The position numbers were made by a program, and so were the translations under genes. The notes below the pieces were generated by a model. The model had not been told where the DNA came from. It did no database searches and saw only the letters and a list, made by a program, of their open reading frames with translations. Of a stretch of 64,000 nucleotides of DNA, positions 1 through 10,544 are shown in pieces. The stretch comes from an uncultured Alphaproteobacteria bacterium (GTDB lineage: Bacteria; Pseudomonadota; Alphaproteobacteria; Acetobacterales; Acetobacteraceae). Positions within the stretch are counted from its first letter, which is position 1; every line of letters begins with the position of its first letter. Location of the stretch: positions 142,684-206,683 of the forward strand of contig CAVTFL010000035.1 in the NCBI GenBank assembly GCA_963733925.1. The letters run 5' to 3'.

Positions 1-499
1 CGTCGATCAGGTCCACCGACCGCGTCTTTCCCTTATGGAGCACCTTGCCGGCCTCCATCGGGCCGCCTGAGACGAAGATGGCCGGAATGTTCAACCGCAT
101 CGCCGCCATCAGCATGCCGGGCGTGATTTTATCGCAGTTCGAAATGCAGACCATGGCGTCGGCGCAGTGCGCGTTGACCATGTATTCGACGCTGTCAGCA
201 ATAAGCTCGCGGGAGGGCAGGCTGTACAGCATACCGTCGTGGCCCATCGCGATCCCGTCGTCCACCGCGATGGTATTGAATTCCTTGGCGATGCCGCCGG
301 CTGCCTCGATTTCCCGGGCAACCAGTTGGCCGAGATCCTTGAGGTGCACATGGCCGGGGACGAACTGAGTAAAACTGTTGGCGACGGCGATGATAGGTTT
401 GCCGAAGTCACCGTCCTTCATGCCTGTCGCACGCCAGAGGCCGCGTGCGCCGGCCATATTCCGGCCGTGGGTGGTGGTGCGGGAGCGATACGCGGGCAT
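1..499 (-). CDS. ilvD: Dihydroxy-acid dehydratase, N-terminal part (runs off window)
   Basis: Manual translation from ATG at 499: [57 protein letters not shown], the classic IlvD N-terminus. Confidence 0.95.
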   Translation of the reverse strand, partial: MPAYRSRTTTHGRNMAGARGLWRATGMKDGDFGKPIIAVANSFTQFVPGHVHLKDLGQLVAREIEAAGGIAKEFNTIAVDDGIAMGHDGMLYSLPSRELIADSVEYMVNAHCADAMVCISNCDKITPGMLMAAMRLNIPAIFVSGGPMEAGKVLHKGKTRSVDLID

Positions 500-603
500 G
501 GGTTTGGGTCCTCGGATGCGTCGTCGGGTGGTCGGCCTGTCTAGCGCTATTTGGGGTGAACAGGCCAGACGGGGGAGTGGCCAATGATCCAACAGGACAC
601 CCA

Positions 604-996
604 CTACCGGATCACCGAGATACGCCCGGCGCCCTCATCGAGCGACGCTTAAGCGCGATCCGCGGTAACCGCCATCGCGTCGAGGCGCATCGCCAGGGCG
701 ACGCAGGCGCGGTCGCCTAACGACAGCCCCGCGCTTCGCGTGATGCCGCGCAGTTCAGCCACCATGTACGCCGCCTCGCGATCGAACGGATGAACTTCGA
801 TCGGCAGCCCGTCGAGCGCGGCTCGCGCCGCCTCCAAGGGCATACCGTGTTCGGTCAGTTTCGCTATCACCTCGGAGAGATTGACGGCGCTCATCACGCC
901 GCGGGGCAACGCGCTCGCCACGACATCGGCACCCGGTTCGCCCTGCAACAACGCCAGCAGCGCCGACGCGTCGAGCAAAATCGGGTCATCACTCAA
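604..996 (-). CDS. vapC: VapC/PIN-domain toxin with in-frame TAA at 649-651 (ORF 649..996, natural end likely 604)
   Basis: [26 protein letters not shown] and TADRA motifs; frame continues [14 protein letters not shown] after the TAA. Confidence 0.85.
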
Positions 997-1237
997 GCCG
1001 GGCTGTCTCCCGCCGCTCCTCGATCAGTTCGTCCGCCAGGTTTCTGCCCTGCCTCACAAACCGTTGCACGAGCGATTGAGCGCGTTCAACGGCCCGTCGC
1101 GCGGAGCGGATCCGCAGGTCGCCGTCTGCGATATCCAGGACCACTTCGGCGCCCGGCTGGAGGCCAAGCTGGCGGCGGAACTCCGCAGGGATGACCACGC
1201 GGCAACCTTCGGTCACTTTCGCTCGGTGGCTCGCCAT
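989..1237 (-). CDS. AbrB/MazE/SpoVT-family antitoxin
   Basis: KVTEGCRVVIPAEFRRQLGLQPG motif; overlaps the toxin start. Confidence 0.88.
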   Translation of the reverse strand: MASHRAKVTEGCRVVIPAEFRRQLGLQPGAEVVLDIADGDLRIRSARRAVERAQSLVQRFVRQGRNLADELIEERRETARLE

Positions 1238-1337
1238 TTACCTCATTCTCTGCCAGGTTCACCAAATATGCCAAAAGATCCCGGATGTGGCATCGCCGTT
1301 TGAGGAAGCGCGGCCTCGATCAGGGAAGGCGAACGGC

Positions 1338-2490
1338 TCAGAATTTTGACCTTAACCGTCCGCTCCCCTCCGCCGTCACAAACGCCATTCGCCCCCCAAC
1401 AATTGTCGCGACTGCCCGTGATGTCGCCGGATCAACCAGCACGAGATCCGCGCGCTTCCCCGCCGCGATCACCCCCCGGTCTGCCAGTCCGCCCGCTCGC
1501 GCCGGGTTCTCCGAAATCAGCGCCCACGCCCTGGCTAGATCGAGAATACCCCGCTCGGCCAGCACGAACGCCGCCCGCATCATCGCTGGATAGTAATAAT
1601 CGGAGGTAAGGAGGTTGCAGATCCCCGCCTCCACTGACCGCGCCGCCGAGGCCCAGCCAAGATGCGAGCCGCCCCGTACGACATTCGGACACCCCATCAC
1701 CACGAAATCGCCCGCTGTCGCTGAAGCAGCGGCGACTTCTTCAGCCATTGGAAACTCGCAAATCCTTGCCCCCAGGCCACGGAACCAATCTCGAGCCGCG
1801 ATCAAATCATCGTCGTGGCTCGCCATCGGCAGGCCCGCTGCCCTCGCTGCGGACGCGATCCGATCCTGGGCCGACGGGACCGCATCGGCCCTTGAGGCGA
1901 TCTCCTGTGCCATCGCCCCGAACGCCTCTATTTTCATGCCGGCGCGGCTGCTGTACTTGGCGCCTTCAGTCGGATCATCCAGTTTCCGCAGTATCGCAGG
2001 TGTATGGTCATTGAACGCCAGCAGATGCACGCGCCCGGCTGCGATATCCGCCAACGCTGTCTCCAGCGCATCCAGATTGTACGCTTCCCATCGAAGATGC
2101 ACCCGCATATCGCAGGTCCATGATCCGGCGTCCAAGGCGTCCAGCAGCGCCCGCCATGCCGTCAGGCTACGCAACCCTGGCTCCCACGACAGCGTCACGC
2201 CATGAAACGCCGTGGTGATTCCATTTGCCAACAACTGAGAATTCTGTGTCGCGCAACGCCAGATCGGTCGGAAAATCCACACCCGGGCGCGGCTGAAGCT
2301 GCCGCTCGAACGCGTCGCCATGCAGATCGACAATTCCAGGAAGCACCAGCAACCCGGATGCATCGAATTGGGGTCCATCCCCACGGCCCAACTCGATCAG
2401 CCCGTCCCTCAAATTCAGGTCGGCGCGCTGTAGTCCGTCGGACTCCACCAACACCGCCCCGCCCGTGATCTGCATTCCCGAAAACCTCAT
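1338..2490 (-). CDS. PhnM-like amidohydrolase (second copy), frameshift near 2245
   Basis: LPGIVDLHGDAFERQ (ORF 2167..2490) joins ANGITT...ASHDD...EFP...PNVVRGGSH...SDYY (ORF 1338..2384). Confidence 0.85.
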
Positions 2491-3245
2491 GGTTCAAAAA
2501 CAATCTGTACCCGCGGGGTCGGGTAGCAGCCCGAGGCAAACTCCACGATCGCTCCAGCGCGATCCACGTTGATATTTTCTGTCACCAGCACAGGCCGATT
2601 TCTTGCCATGCGTAAAAGCTCCGCCTCGGACTGCGTGGGCAACCGAGCGGTCACGCGGGTCTGCAGACGCAGGTAATCGTCAACCCCCACCATTCGCAAC
2701 GCGTCGGTGATCCTCGGCATCACCCGCAGCGCCTGGAACAGGCCCTTCAACCTGGTCGACGGAAAATAGTGCCGCGCGAGGCTGACAGGACGATCGTCGG
2801 CAAAGCCGAGCCGTTCCAGCAGCACGACCCTGCTGCCGTTGCGCAGACCCAGCCCGTCTGCGACACGGCGGTCGGCCGAAATCTCTCGCAGCTGCCGAAT
2901 GATCCCCGAGGGTTCCTTGTTATGCCTGCGGATCCACTCGGAGAAACGCGTCCGTGCCTCCACATTATAGTCCAACACGTCCTCGGCCACGAACGAGCCG
3001 CGCCCTTGTTCAACCCGTACCAGACCGTCCCGCGACAGTTCCTCCAACGCGCGACGCACGGTGTGGCGGTTGACGCCGAACCGCGCTGACAGTTCAGCCT
3101 CGGTTGGAAGCCGCGTACCAGGCTTGCAAGTGCCTGAGGCGATATCGCCCTGGATCTGGCCGACGATCTGGCGCCACAGCGTCACGCCATCCTGCCGGTT
3201 GACCGGACGGATCGCGAGGTCGTCCATCTCCGCCGTCACGCTCAT
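2487..3245 (-). CDS. phnF: Phosphonate metabolism regulator PhnF (GntR/UTRA)
   Basis: LPTEAELSARFGVNRHTVRRAL HTH plus UTRA domain; divergent from phnG. Confidence 0.93.
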   Translation of the reverse strand: MSVTAEMDDLAIRPVNRQDGVTLWRQIVGQIQGDIASGTCKPGTRLPTEAELSARFGVNRHTVRRALEELSRDGLVRVEQGRGSFVAEDVLDYNVEARTRFSEWIRRHNKEPSGIIRQLREISADRRVADGLGLRNGSRVVLLERLGFADDRPVSLARHYFPSTRLKGLFQALRVMPRITDALRMVGVDDYLRLQTRVTARLPTQSEAELLRMARNRPVLVTENINVDRAGAIVEFASGCYPTPRVQIVFEP

Positions 3246-3313
3246 TTATCTTCCATCCAAACCCCGAGGTCGGTCGCTGCCACTTGGTGGTTGACGGTAG
3301 ACGAGCCGATATC

Positions 3314-3331
3314 TAGTTGTCTAGACGTCTA
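3314..3331. promoter_or_regulatory. Probable PhnF operator palindrome TAG-tt-GTCTAGAC-gt-CTA
   Basis: Palindrome in the phnF/phnG divergent gap; fits the HutC-subfamily GT-N-TA-N-AC core. Confidence 0.6.
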
Positions 3332-3349
3332 ATCATAATCGGACTGCCA

Positions 3350-3817
3350 ATGAACGACAGCGCGCGCTCCGCCCCCTCGCCCTCTGCCCGCCGGCGCTGG
3401 ATGGCTATCCTTGCGCGCGCAGCATCCGATCAGCTGCAGGCGTTACTGGCCGGCTGCGGCGCTCCAGCCAGCTATACGGTCGTGCGTGGGCCGGAGGGCG
3501 GGCTGGTCATGGTGCGCGGCCGAGCCGGCGGTGGCGGCGCCGCGTTCAATCTCGGGGAAATGACGGTGACCCGTTGCACGGTGAGCACAGAGACGGGCTG
3601 CGTGGGGCACGCATACATCGCGGGCCGCGAAGAACGACGCGCCGAACTGGCCGCGCTGACCGACGCGCTCATGCAGGATCCGAATTGGGCGGAAGTCATC
3701 GAACACCACGTGATCGCGCCCTTGGAACGTGAGCAGACCGAAGAACGGGCCGAGCGGTCGCGGAAAGCCGCGGCGACCCGTGTTGAGTTCTTTGCACTAC
3801 AAACGATGCGGACCTAG
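3350..3817 (+). CDS. phnG: C-P lyase subunit PhnG
   Basis: GLVMVRGRAGGGGAAFNLGEMTVTRC and ATRVEFF motifs. Confidence 0.93.
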   Translation: MNDSARSAPSPSARRRWMAILARAASDQLQALLAGCGAPASYTVVRGPEGGLVMVRGRAGGGGAAFNLGEMTVTRCTVSTETGCVGHAYIAGREERRAELAALTDALMQDPNWAEVIEHHVIAPLEREQTEERAERSRKAAATRVEFFALQTMRT

Positions 3818-3825
3818 GGGCGAAC

Positions 3826-4398
3826 ATGAACGCCAACCTCTCTCCTGGCTTCAGCGACCCGGTCAGCGGTGCCCAAGCGTGTTTCCGGGCAGTGCTGGAT
3901 GCGATGGCGCGGCCTGGGCGTCTGCACCCAGCACATGGCGCGTTGGCGCCCGCGCCGTTATGCAACGCGGCGGCGGCCGTGCTGCTGACTCTGGTGGATC
4001 ACGAAACGCCCCTGTGGGTCGATCCCGACGCCGCCTCCGCTCACGCGTGGATCGCCTTCCACACCGGCGCGCCCATTCGACCAGCCCGACGCGCAACCTT
4101 CGCCATGGCGTTGTCATTGCCGGATTTGACCGAACTACCGAACGGCACGGACGAGATGCCGGAAACGTCGGCTACCGTCATTCTGCAACTCGCTTCCCTG
4201 GCCGCGGGCCGGCGGTTCGTCCTGGAGGGCCCGGGATTGCGTGAACCTGCTGAGCTGTGCGCCGATGGCCTGCCGGCCGATTTCGCCGCGATCTGGCAAC
4301 GCAACCACAGGCTGTTCCCACGTGGGATCGACCTGATCCTGTGCGCCGGCAACACGCTTACCGCCCTGCCACGCAGCGTCGCCATAAAGGAGGGCTGA
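3826..4398 (+). CDS. phnH: C-P lyase subunit PhnH
   Basis: GFSDPVSGAQACFRAVLDAMARPG; FPRGIDL; LPRS. Confidence 0.93.
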   Translation: MNANLSPGFSDPVSGAQACFRAVLDAMARPGRLHPAHGALAPAPLCNAAAAVLLTLVDHETPLWVDPDAASAHAWIAFHTGAPIRPARRATFAMALSLPDLTELPNGTDEMPETSATVILQLASLAAGRRFVLEGPGLREPAELCADGLPADFAAIWQRNHRLFPRGIDLILCAGNTLTALPRSVAIKEG

Positions 4399-4399
4399 C

Positions 4400-5464
4400 A
4401 TGGCCTATGTCGCAGTCAAAGGGGGCGAACGGGCGATCGACAGTGCCCATACTTGGCTGGCCGAGCAACGTCGCGGCGATCCTGCCACCCCTGCCCTGTC
4501 CGTTTCCCAAATCGAGCAGCAACTCGGCCGGTCGGTTGATCGCGTGATGGCCGAGGGCTCCCTTTATGACCGACAGCTGGCCGCGCTAGCGATCAAGCAA
4601 GCCCAGGGCGATCTGATCGAGGCGGCCTTCCTGCTGCGGGCCTACCGCACCACCCTTCCTCGTTTCGCGCACTCGCAGCCGGTCGAAACGGGCGCGATGC
4701 GGATCGAGCGCCGGGTGTCCGCTATCTTCAAGGATTTGCCCGGGGGTCAGGTGCTCGGTCCAACCTACGACTATACCCACAGGCTGCTGGATTTTGGGCT
4801 GATGGACGATAACGCCGTCACCACTGGGCCGGAGGCCGAGGCTGATCAGGCGACCATGCCGCGCGTGCCCGACATTCTGGGGCATGAGGGCCTGCTGGAA
4901 CCGGATAGTGTTTCGGATGGTGAACCTGGTGACCTGACCCGCGAGCCATTGTCGTTTCCCGCCGGTCGCGATGTGCGCCTACAGGCGTTGGCCCGTGGCG
5001 ACGAGGGTTTCGTGCTGGGCATGGGGTATTCCACGCAGCGCGGCTACGGCGGTTCACATCCGTTTGCGGGTGAAATCCGCATGGGCACGGTGTCGGTTGA
5101 GATCGAGCCAACGGAGCTTGGCTTCTCCATCGATATCGGCGACCTGGTCCTGACCGAGTGCCAGATGGTCAACCAGTTCAAAGGCTCAAAAACCGTCCCG
5201 CCCCAATTTACCCGCGGCTACGGTCTGGTGTTCGGGTTCGGTGAGCGCAAGGCAATGGCAATGGCTCTGGTCGATCGCGCCATGCGTGCCGGGGACCTGG
5301 GCGAGGACGCGACGGCGCCGGCTCAGAACGTCGAATTCGTATTGTATCATTCAGATAACATCGAGGCGACCGGCTTCGTGGAGCACCTCAAGCTGCCCCA
5401 CTACGTCGATTTTCAAAGCGAGTTGCAGAACGTCCGGCGGATGCGGGCGGAGGTGGCGGAATGA
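4400..5464 (+). CDS. phnI: C-P lyase subunit PhnI
   Basis: YVAVKGGERAI; GPTYDYTHRLL; HLKLPHYVDFQSEL. Confidence 0.96.
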   Translation: MAYVAVKGGERAIDSAHTWLAEQRRGDPATPALSVSQIEQQLGRSVDRVMAEGSLYDRQLAALAIKQAQGDLIEAAFLLRAYRTTLPRFAHSQPVETGAMRIERRVSAIFKDLPGGQVLGPTYDYTHRLLDFGLMDDNAVTTGPEAEADQATMPRVPDILGHEGLLEPDSVSDGEPGDLTREPLSFPAGRDVRLQALARGDEGFVLGMGYSTQRGYGGSHPFAGEIRMGTVSVEIEPTELGFSIDIGDLVLTECQMVNQFKGSKTVPPQFTRGYGLVFGFGERKAMAMALVDRAMRAGDLGEDATAPAQNVEFVLYHSDNIEATGFVEHLKLPHYVDFQSELQNVRRMRAEVAE

Positions 5465-6327
5465 AAGGCTACAATTTCGCCTATCTGGATGAGCAAACGA
5501 AACGGATGATTCGCCGCGGGTTGCTGAAGGCCGTTGCGATCCCAGGCCACCAGGTGCCATTCGGCTCGCGGGAGATGCCGCTGCCTTACGGTTGGGGAAC
5601 GGGCGGGATTCAGGTGACGGCCTCGATCCTGGGAGCGAACGACGTGCTGAAAGTCATCGACCAGGGCGCCGACGACACCACCAATGCGGTGTCCATCCGC
5701 CGCTTTTTCGCGCGCACTGCGGGAGTCACAACGACGACCGCGACCGCCGAGGCAACGGTGATACAAACCCGTCACCGCATCCCGGAAAAGCAACTGCGCG
5801 AGGACCAGATCATCGTGTATCAGGTGCCGCAGCCCGAGCCGTTGTTTCGCCTGGAGCCGAGCCGGGTAGAAACGAAGCGGATGCATGGTCTGGCGGACTA
5901 CGGGCTGATGCATGTGAAGCTGTATGAGGACATTTCTCGTTTCGGCCAGATATCAATCAGTTATGACTACCCGGTGATGGTGAACGAGCGCTACCTTATG
6001 TCCCCGAGCCCGATCCCGGCTTTCGACAATCCAAAAATGGACATGATGCCGGCGTTACAACTGTTTGGTGCCGGCCGCGAGAAGCGCATCTACGCCATCC
6101 CGCCCTGGACGCGGGTTAAATCATTGGATTTCGACGATCATCCGTTTCGGGCGATCAACGCGGCGCACCCGTGCGGGCTATGTGGGGCAACGGCTTCATA
6201 TCTGGACGAGGTCGTGACCGACGACAAAGGTGGCCGATTGTTCGTCTGTTCCGACACCGATCATTGCGCGGAACGCCGGGCGGCCGGCCATGCTGGAGCC
6301 GACGGACTGCGGGAGGCCGCCGAATGA
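5461..6327 (+). CDS. phnJ: C-P lyase PhnJ (radical SAM)
   Basis: GYNFAYLDEQTKRMIRR, AIPG glycyl-radical Gly, CGLC...CSDTDHC cysteines. Confidence 0.97.
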   Translation: MKGYNFAYLDEQTKRMIRRGLLKAVAIPGHQVPFGSREMPLPYGWGTGGIQVTASILGANDVLKVIDQGADDTTNAVSIRRFFARTAGVTTTTATAEATVIQTRHRIPEKQLREDQIIVYQVPQPEPLFRLEPSRVETKRMHGLADYGLMHVKLYEDISRFGQISISYDYPVMVNERYLMSPSPIPAFDNPKMDMMPALQLFGAGREKRIYAIPPWTRVKSLDFDDHPFRAINAAHPCGLCGATASYLDEVVTDDKGGRLFVCSDTDHCAERRAAGHAGADGLREAAE

Positions 6328-7100
6328 CCGAGGCCACGCTGCTCTCGGGACGCAAGCTGGGTCTCAATTTTGGCTGCATCGCGGCACTGGCCGACGTAGA
6401 CGTCGATCTTTGGCCCGGCGAGATGTTGGCGATTGTCGGTGAGTCCGGATCCGGCAAGACGACCCTGCTCAACGTGCTGTCCGGCCGCCTGGCCCCGCAT
6501 CAGGGAGTGGTCTGGTATCGCGATCCCGCAGGCCAGTTGCACGATGTGCATGCAATGCCGCCGCCTGTGTTGCGGACGCTGCATCGCTCCGATTGGGGGT
6601 TTGTCCATCAGGACCCACAGCAAAATCTACGTATGGCCGTCACCGCCGGCGGCAATGTCGGCGAACGCCTGATGGCCCAAGGCGTCCGGCATTACGGCGA
6701 CATTCGGAAGGTCGCGCTGGACTGGCTCGCGCAGGTGGAGATCGACGCGAAACGCATCGACGACCTGCCGCGCACGTTCTCCGGCGGCATGCTGCAACGG
6801 TTGCAGATCGCCCGAACCCTGGTGACGCACCCTCGATTGGTCTTCATGGACGAGCCGACCGGCGGCCTGGACGTTTCTGTACAGGCTCGGTTGCTCGACT
6901 TGATCCGTTCACTGGTGACGCGACTGCGTATCGCCGTGGTGCTGGTAACCCATGATCTCGCGGTCGCGCGCCTGCTGGCGCATAGGATCGCGGTGATGCA
7001 ACGCGGCCGGATCGTGGAGACAGGCCTGACCGATCAGGTTCTGGACGATCCCCAGCACCCCTACACGCAGTTACTTGTCAGTTCGGTCCTGAATGCATGA
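6324..7100 (+). CDS. phnK: C-P lyase ABC-type ATPase PhnK
   Basis: GESGSGKTT, FSGGMLQRLQIAR, DEPTGGLDVSVQA. Confidence 0.95.
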   Translation: MTEATLLSGRKLGLNFGCIAALADVDVDLWPGEMLAIVGESGSGKTTLLNVLSGRLAPHQGVVWYRDPAGQLHDVHAMPPPVLRTLHRSDWGFVHQDPQQNLRMAVTAGGNVGERLMAQGVRHYGDIRKVALDWLAQVEIDAKRIDDLPRTFSGGMLQRLQIARTLVTHPRLVFMDEPTGGLDVSVQARLLDLIRSLVTRLRIAVVLVTHDLAVARLLAHRIAVMQRGRIVETGLTDQVLDDPQHPYTQLLVSSVLNA

Positions 7101-7813
7101 CCATGCAGCCGTTGGCGACCGTCATGCTGCAAACCCGAGGGCTGGGTAAATCCTTCACCCTGCATTTGCGCGGCGGCCTGCTCATACCGGTCCTTTCCGG
7201 CATCGATCTCGAGGTGCGCGAGGGCGAGTGCGTCGTGCTATCCGGTCCATCCGGTGTCGGCAAATCCACACTCATGCGCAGCCTGTATGGCAATTACCGA
7301 GCGGAGAGCGGTGGCATTCTGGTTCGGCATGACGGCGAAATGGTTGATATAGCATCGGCTGATCCAAGAACCGTCTTGGCGGTGCGCCACCAGACACTCG
7401 GCTATGTTAGCCAGTTCTTGCGGGTTGTCCCACGAGTTTCCGCGCTGGACGTGGTCGCCGAAGTTCTGATCGCACGCGGTGTCGGTCAGCGCGCCGCGCG
7501 GGATGCGGCTCGAGCGTTGCTGTTGAAGTTGAACATTCCTGCGCGGCTGCACGCGATCCCGCCCGCAACCTTCTCCGGTGGCGAGCAGCAACGAGTCAAT
7601 CTGGCCAGGGGCTTCATCGCCGGCCACCCGATCCTTCTGTTGGACGAACCAACCGCATCGCTGGATGCGGACAATCGAGCGGTTGTGATTGACATGGTCC
7701 GGCGCGCGAAGGCAAGTGGTACGGCGATTGTCGCAATCTGCCATGATATCGATGTTCGCGATGCCATCGCCGACCGCTTGTTCACCATGACTCCCCACCA
7801 GGATGCCGCATGA
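7097..7813 (+). CDS. phnL: C-P lyase ATPase PhnL
   Basis: KSFTLH, GPSGVGKST, YVSQFLRVVPR, TFSGGEQQRVN. Confidence 0.95.
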   Translation: MTMQPLATVMLQTRGLGKSFTLHLRGGLLIPVLSGIDLEVREGECVVLSGPSGVGKSTLMRSLYGNYRAESGGILVRHDGEMVDIASADPRTVLAVRHQTLGYVSQFLRVVPRVSALDVVAEVLIARGVGQRAARDAARALLLKLNIPARLHAIPPATFSGGEQQRVNLARGFIAGHPILLLDEPTASLDADNRAVVIDMVRRAKASGTAIVAICHDIDVRDAIADRLFTMTPHQDAA

Positions 7814-8949
7814 CGCAAGAAACGATCCTGACGAACGCCGTCCTCGTCCTACGCGACGAGACGCTAAGGGGAACGATCGTCATGCACGGCCAAATCATCG
7901 CCGATATCCAAGCCGGGCGCTCGCAGTCCCCAGCTGCCATCGACCTGGACGGGGACACGGTCATTCCCGGCGTCGTCGATGTTCACACCGACAACCTGGA
8001 GCGGCAGGTGCAACCTCGCAGCCTGGCGCGCTGGCCGTCCCGGTCTGCGATGGTCGCGCACGACGCGCAGTGCGCCGCGGCGGGGGTCACAACGGTATTG
8101 GACGCGCTCTGCCTGGGTGACCTCGGTTTCGACGCGGAACGGATTGAGACCTTCCGTAACGGCGTGGTCGATCTGGATGCGCTGACCCACGCAGGGCTGC
8201 TGAAAGCCGACCACTTTCTACATCTGCGCTGCGAAGTCCCAGCGCTTGACATGCTGGACCTGTTCGATCCGGTCGCGGATCATCCGCTCGTGCGAATGGT
8301 GAGCCTCATGGACCATAGCCCCGGCGTGGGCCAATACGCCAATGTCGAATTCTACCGTAAGCTGCGCCGTCAGGGCGGCATGGATGAGGCCACCATCGAA
8401 CGCCGCATTCAGGACATGCAGGCGCAACGAGCGCGCTGGCGCCTTCCGAATCGCCGCGCGCTGCTGGATCGCGTGCGTGGCACGACGATTGCCATTGCCA
8501 GTCACGATGACCGCACCGAAGAAGAAATTGCCGAAAACGTCGCCGATGGCATCGGGATCAGCGAATTTCCCGTCTCGATGGAAGCGGCCATGGCGGCGAA
8601 ACGCGCCGGGATGCAGGTCATCGCCGGCGCGCCCAACATCGTCCGCGGCGGCTCTCACTCCGGCAATGTGGCGGCGGCGAACCTCGTGCGCGCCGGTGCG
8701 GTCGACGCCTTCGCCTCCGATTACGTCCCGCCGAGCCTGATCGAGGCGGCCTTCCAGTGCACGCGCGACGAGGGAATCAGCTTGCCTGAAGCGATCGCGA
8801 TGATCTCCGACCACCCTGCCCGGATGTCTGGGCTGCCGGACCGGGGCCGGCTGGAAACCGGTTCACGCGCCGACATGGTCCGCGTCCGCATGCTCGGCAC
8901 TCTGCCTGTTGTGCGTCAAGTCTGGAGAGCAGGAGAGCGTGTGATCTAA
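7810..8949 (+). CDS. phnM: Alpha-D-ribose 1-methylphosphonate 5-triphosphate diphosphatase PhnM
   Basis: PGVVDVHTDNLE, MDHSPG, ASHDD, GAPNIVRGGSHSGN, SDYVP. Confidence 0.95.
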   Translation: MTQETILTNAVLVLRDETLRGTIVMHGQIIADIQAGRSQSPAAIDLDGDTVIPGVVDVHTDNLERQVQPRSLARWPSRSAMVAHDAQCAAAGVTTVLDALCLGDLGFDAERIETFRNGVVDLDALTHAGLLKADHFLHLRCEVPALDMLDLFDPVADHPLVRMVSLMDHSPGVGQYANVEFYRKLRRQGGMDEATIERRIQDMQAQRARWRLPNRRALLDRVRGTTIAIASHDDRTEEEIAENVADGIGISEFPVSMEAAMAAKRAGMQVIAGAPNIVRGGSHSGNVAAANLVRAGAVDAFASDYVPPSLIEAAFQCTRDEGISLPEAIAMISDHPARMSGLPDRGRLETGSRADMVRVRMLGTLPVVRQVWRAGERVI

Positions 8950-9632
8950 TGGTCGCCAGAGTCGCGATCTACTATGCTCCCCTGCCCGAGGACCCGCTAA
9001 CCCCCCTGAGTTCGTCCTGGCTCGGTCGCGATCCGATCACCAACGCACCGATGCCGCAACCCTCGCTGGATGGCATTTTCGAGTTTACCGCCGAACCGCG
9101 GCTCTACGGGTTTCATGCGACGTTGAAGCCGCCGATGCAATTGGCGGAAGGCACAGACTGGCGTGGCTTTGTGGCCGCGGTCCGAGCGATGGCGGCGGAC
9201 ATCGCACCATTCACATTGCCCCCGTTGGTGGTGGCCGATCTGCACGGCTTCCTGGCACTGCGCGAAGCAACCCCCTGCCCGCCGCTGCAAGCACTGGCCG
9301 ACGCCTGTGTGGAACGCCTTGATTCGTTTCGTGCCCCGATATCGGAGGACGAACTGGCACGGCGGCGGCGCGCGAAACTATCCTCCGAACAGGACGCGAT
9401 GCTCGTGCGCTGGGGCTATCCTTACGTGTTCAGCACATGGTTCTTTCACATGACGCTGACACGGCGTTTGTCGGATCGCGAGAAAGCGGTTGTTCGGCCC
9501 GCCGCCGAAGCCTGGTTCGCGCCCGTGCTTTCGACTTCCCGCCGCGTAGAAGACATCTGCCTGTTCACCCAGCCCACACCTGGCGCCGCTTTCACACTGG
9601 CGAAGCGCATTCCGTTGCGCGGACAAGTCTGA
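8949..9632 (+). CDS. DUF1045 2H-phosphoesterase-like protein
   Basis: RVAIYYAP, YGFHATLKPP, WGYPYVF, FHMTLT (two HxT motifs); ends the phn operon. Confidence 0.9.
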   Translation: MVARVAIYYAPLPEDPLTPLSSSWLGRDPITNAPMPQPSLDGIFEFTAEPRLYGFHATLKPPMQLAEGTDWRGFVAAVRAMAADIAPFTLPPLVVADLHGFLALREATPCPPLQALADACVERLDSFRAPISEDELARRRRAKLSSEQDAMLVRWGYPYVFSTWFFHMTLTRRLSDREKAVVRPAAEAWFAPVLSTSRRVEDICLFTQPTPGAAFTLAKRIPLRGQV

Positions 9633-9638
9633 CCGCGT

Positions 9639-10280
9639 TCACTCACCGGACCATTTCTCTCCCCACCGATCAGCGAACGCCACATCCTCCAGCGCCGGTA
9701 GAGCGACGGGACCAAAATTACCCAAAGGGTAACCGATCGGTAGAATGGCGTAGGAATATGCGTCCTCCGGCAGGCCAAGTACCGCGTCGGCGTCCTTCTC
9801 GAGAGACTGGTACAGCGTTGTCAGCGTCGCACCCAGTCCCAAAGCACGAGCAGCTAACAGCATGTTTTGCACAGCCGGGTAGATACCCGAACCGGACTCC
9901 CAGTTGCGGGTTTTTTCCAGCAAGCACGGCACGATCCAAACTGGTGCTTCGTGAAGGTGATCCGCCAGATACTCGGCCGCGTCGATCATACGGTCATACC
10001 GGGCACGAGACGGACCTGGCGGCGGCGCGCCTGTGCCGGGCGCTCCGCTACGGAACCACGGTCCAGTGACTTCGTGGAAGCCGCGCCGGTACCTGAGGGC
10101 AACCGCATCTTTGATCGCCTGGTCGCGGATCACCAGGAAGCGCCAGTTTGCCATATTGCCGGGGGCCGCGGCCGTGCCGGCTTCCAGAATCTGGCTGATC
10201 AACTCTGTAGGCACCGGATCCGGCTTCAACCGGCGCATCGAGCGGGTTGTACGAATAATCTCAAAGAGCTCAGTGTTCAC
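9639..10280 (-). CDS. Nitroreductase-family protein
   Basis: RSMRRLKPDPVP, WRFLVIRD, IYPAVQNMLLAARALGLG, IGYP. Confidence 0.9.
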   Translation of the reverse strand: MNTELFEIIRTTRSMRRLKPDPVPTELISQILEAGTAAAPGNMANWRFLVIRDQAIKDAVALRYRRGFHEVTGPWFRSGAPGTGAPPPGPSRARYDRMIDAAEYLADHLHEAPVWIVPCLLEKTRNWESGSGIYPAVQNMLLAARALGLGATLTTLYQSLEKDADAVLGLPEDAYSYAILPIGYPLGNFGPVALPALEDVAFADRWGEKWSGE

Positions 10281-10544
10281 GACGCAATCTCACCTCTGCA
10301 ACGCTAGCCCAATTCCCTCTCTACGGCGGCATGTTGCCCTAACGAGAGCAAAGTAGCCGGGCAAACATAGCAGGTGATTGCATGGCTAGCTCATTTTCAA
10401 AGTTCGGTGCCGAGGCCGGATCAAATCCACTCGACTGGCTTACCGGGCTTTGTCCCATAAGGAGGAAGATGGTACGTCGCGGACGCTCTGTCCTCGGTTT
10501 GGCCGCAATAATGGTCGGCGATTTGTCCGCCAGCCGCGGGTGGC

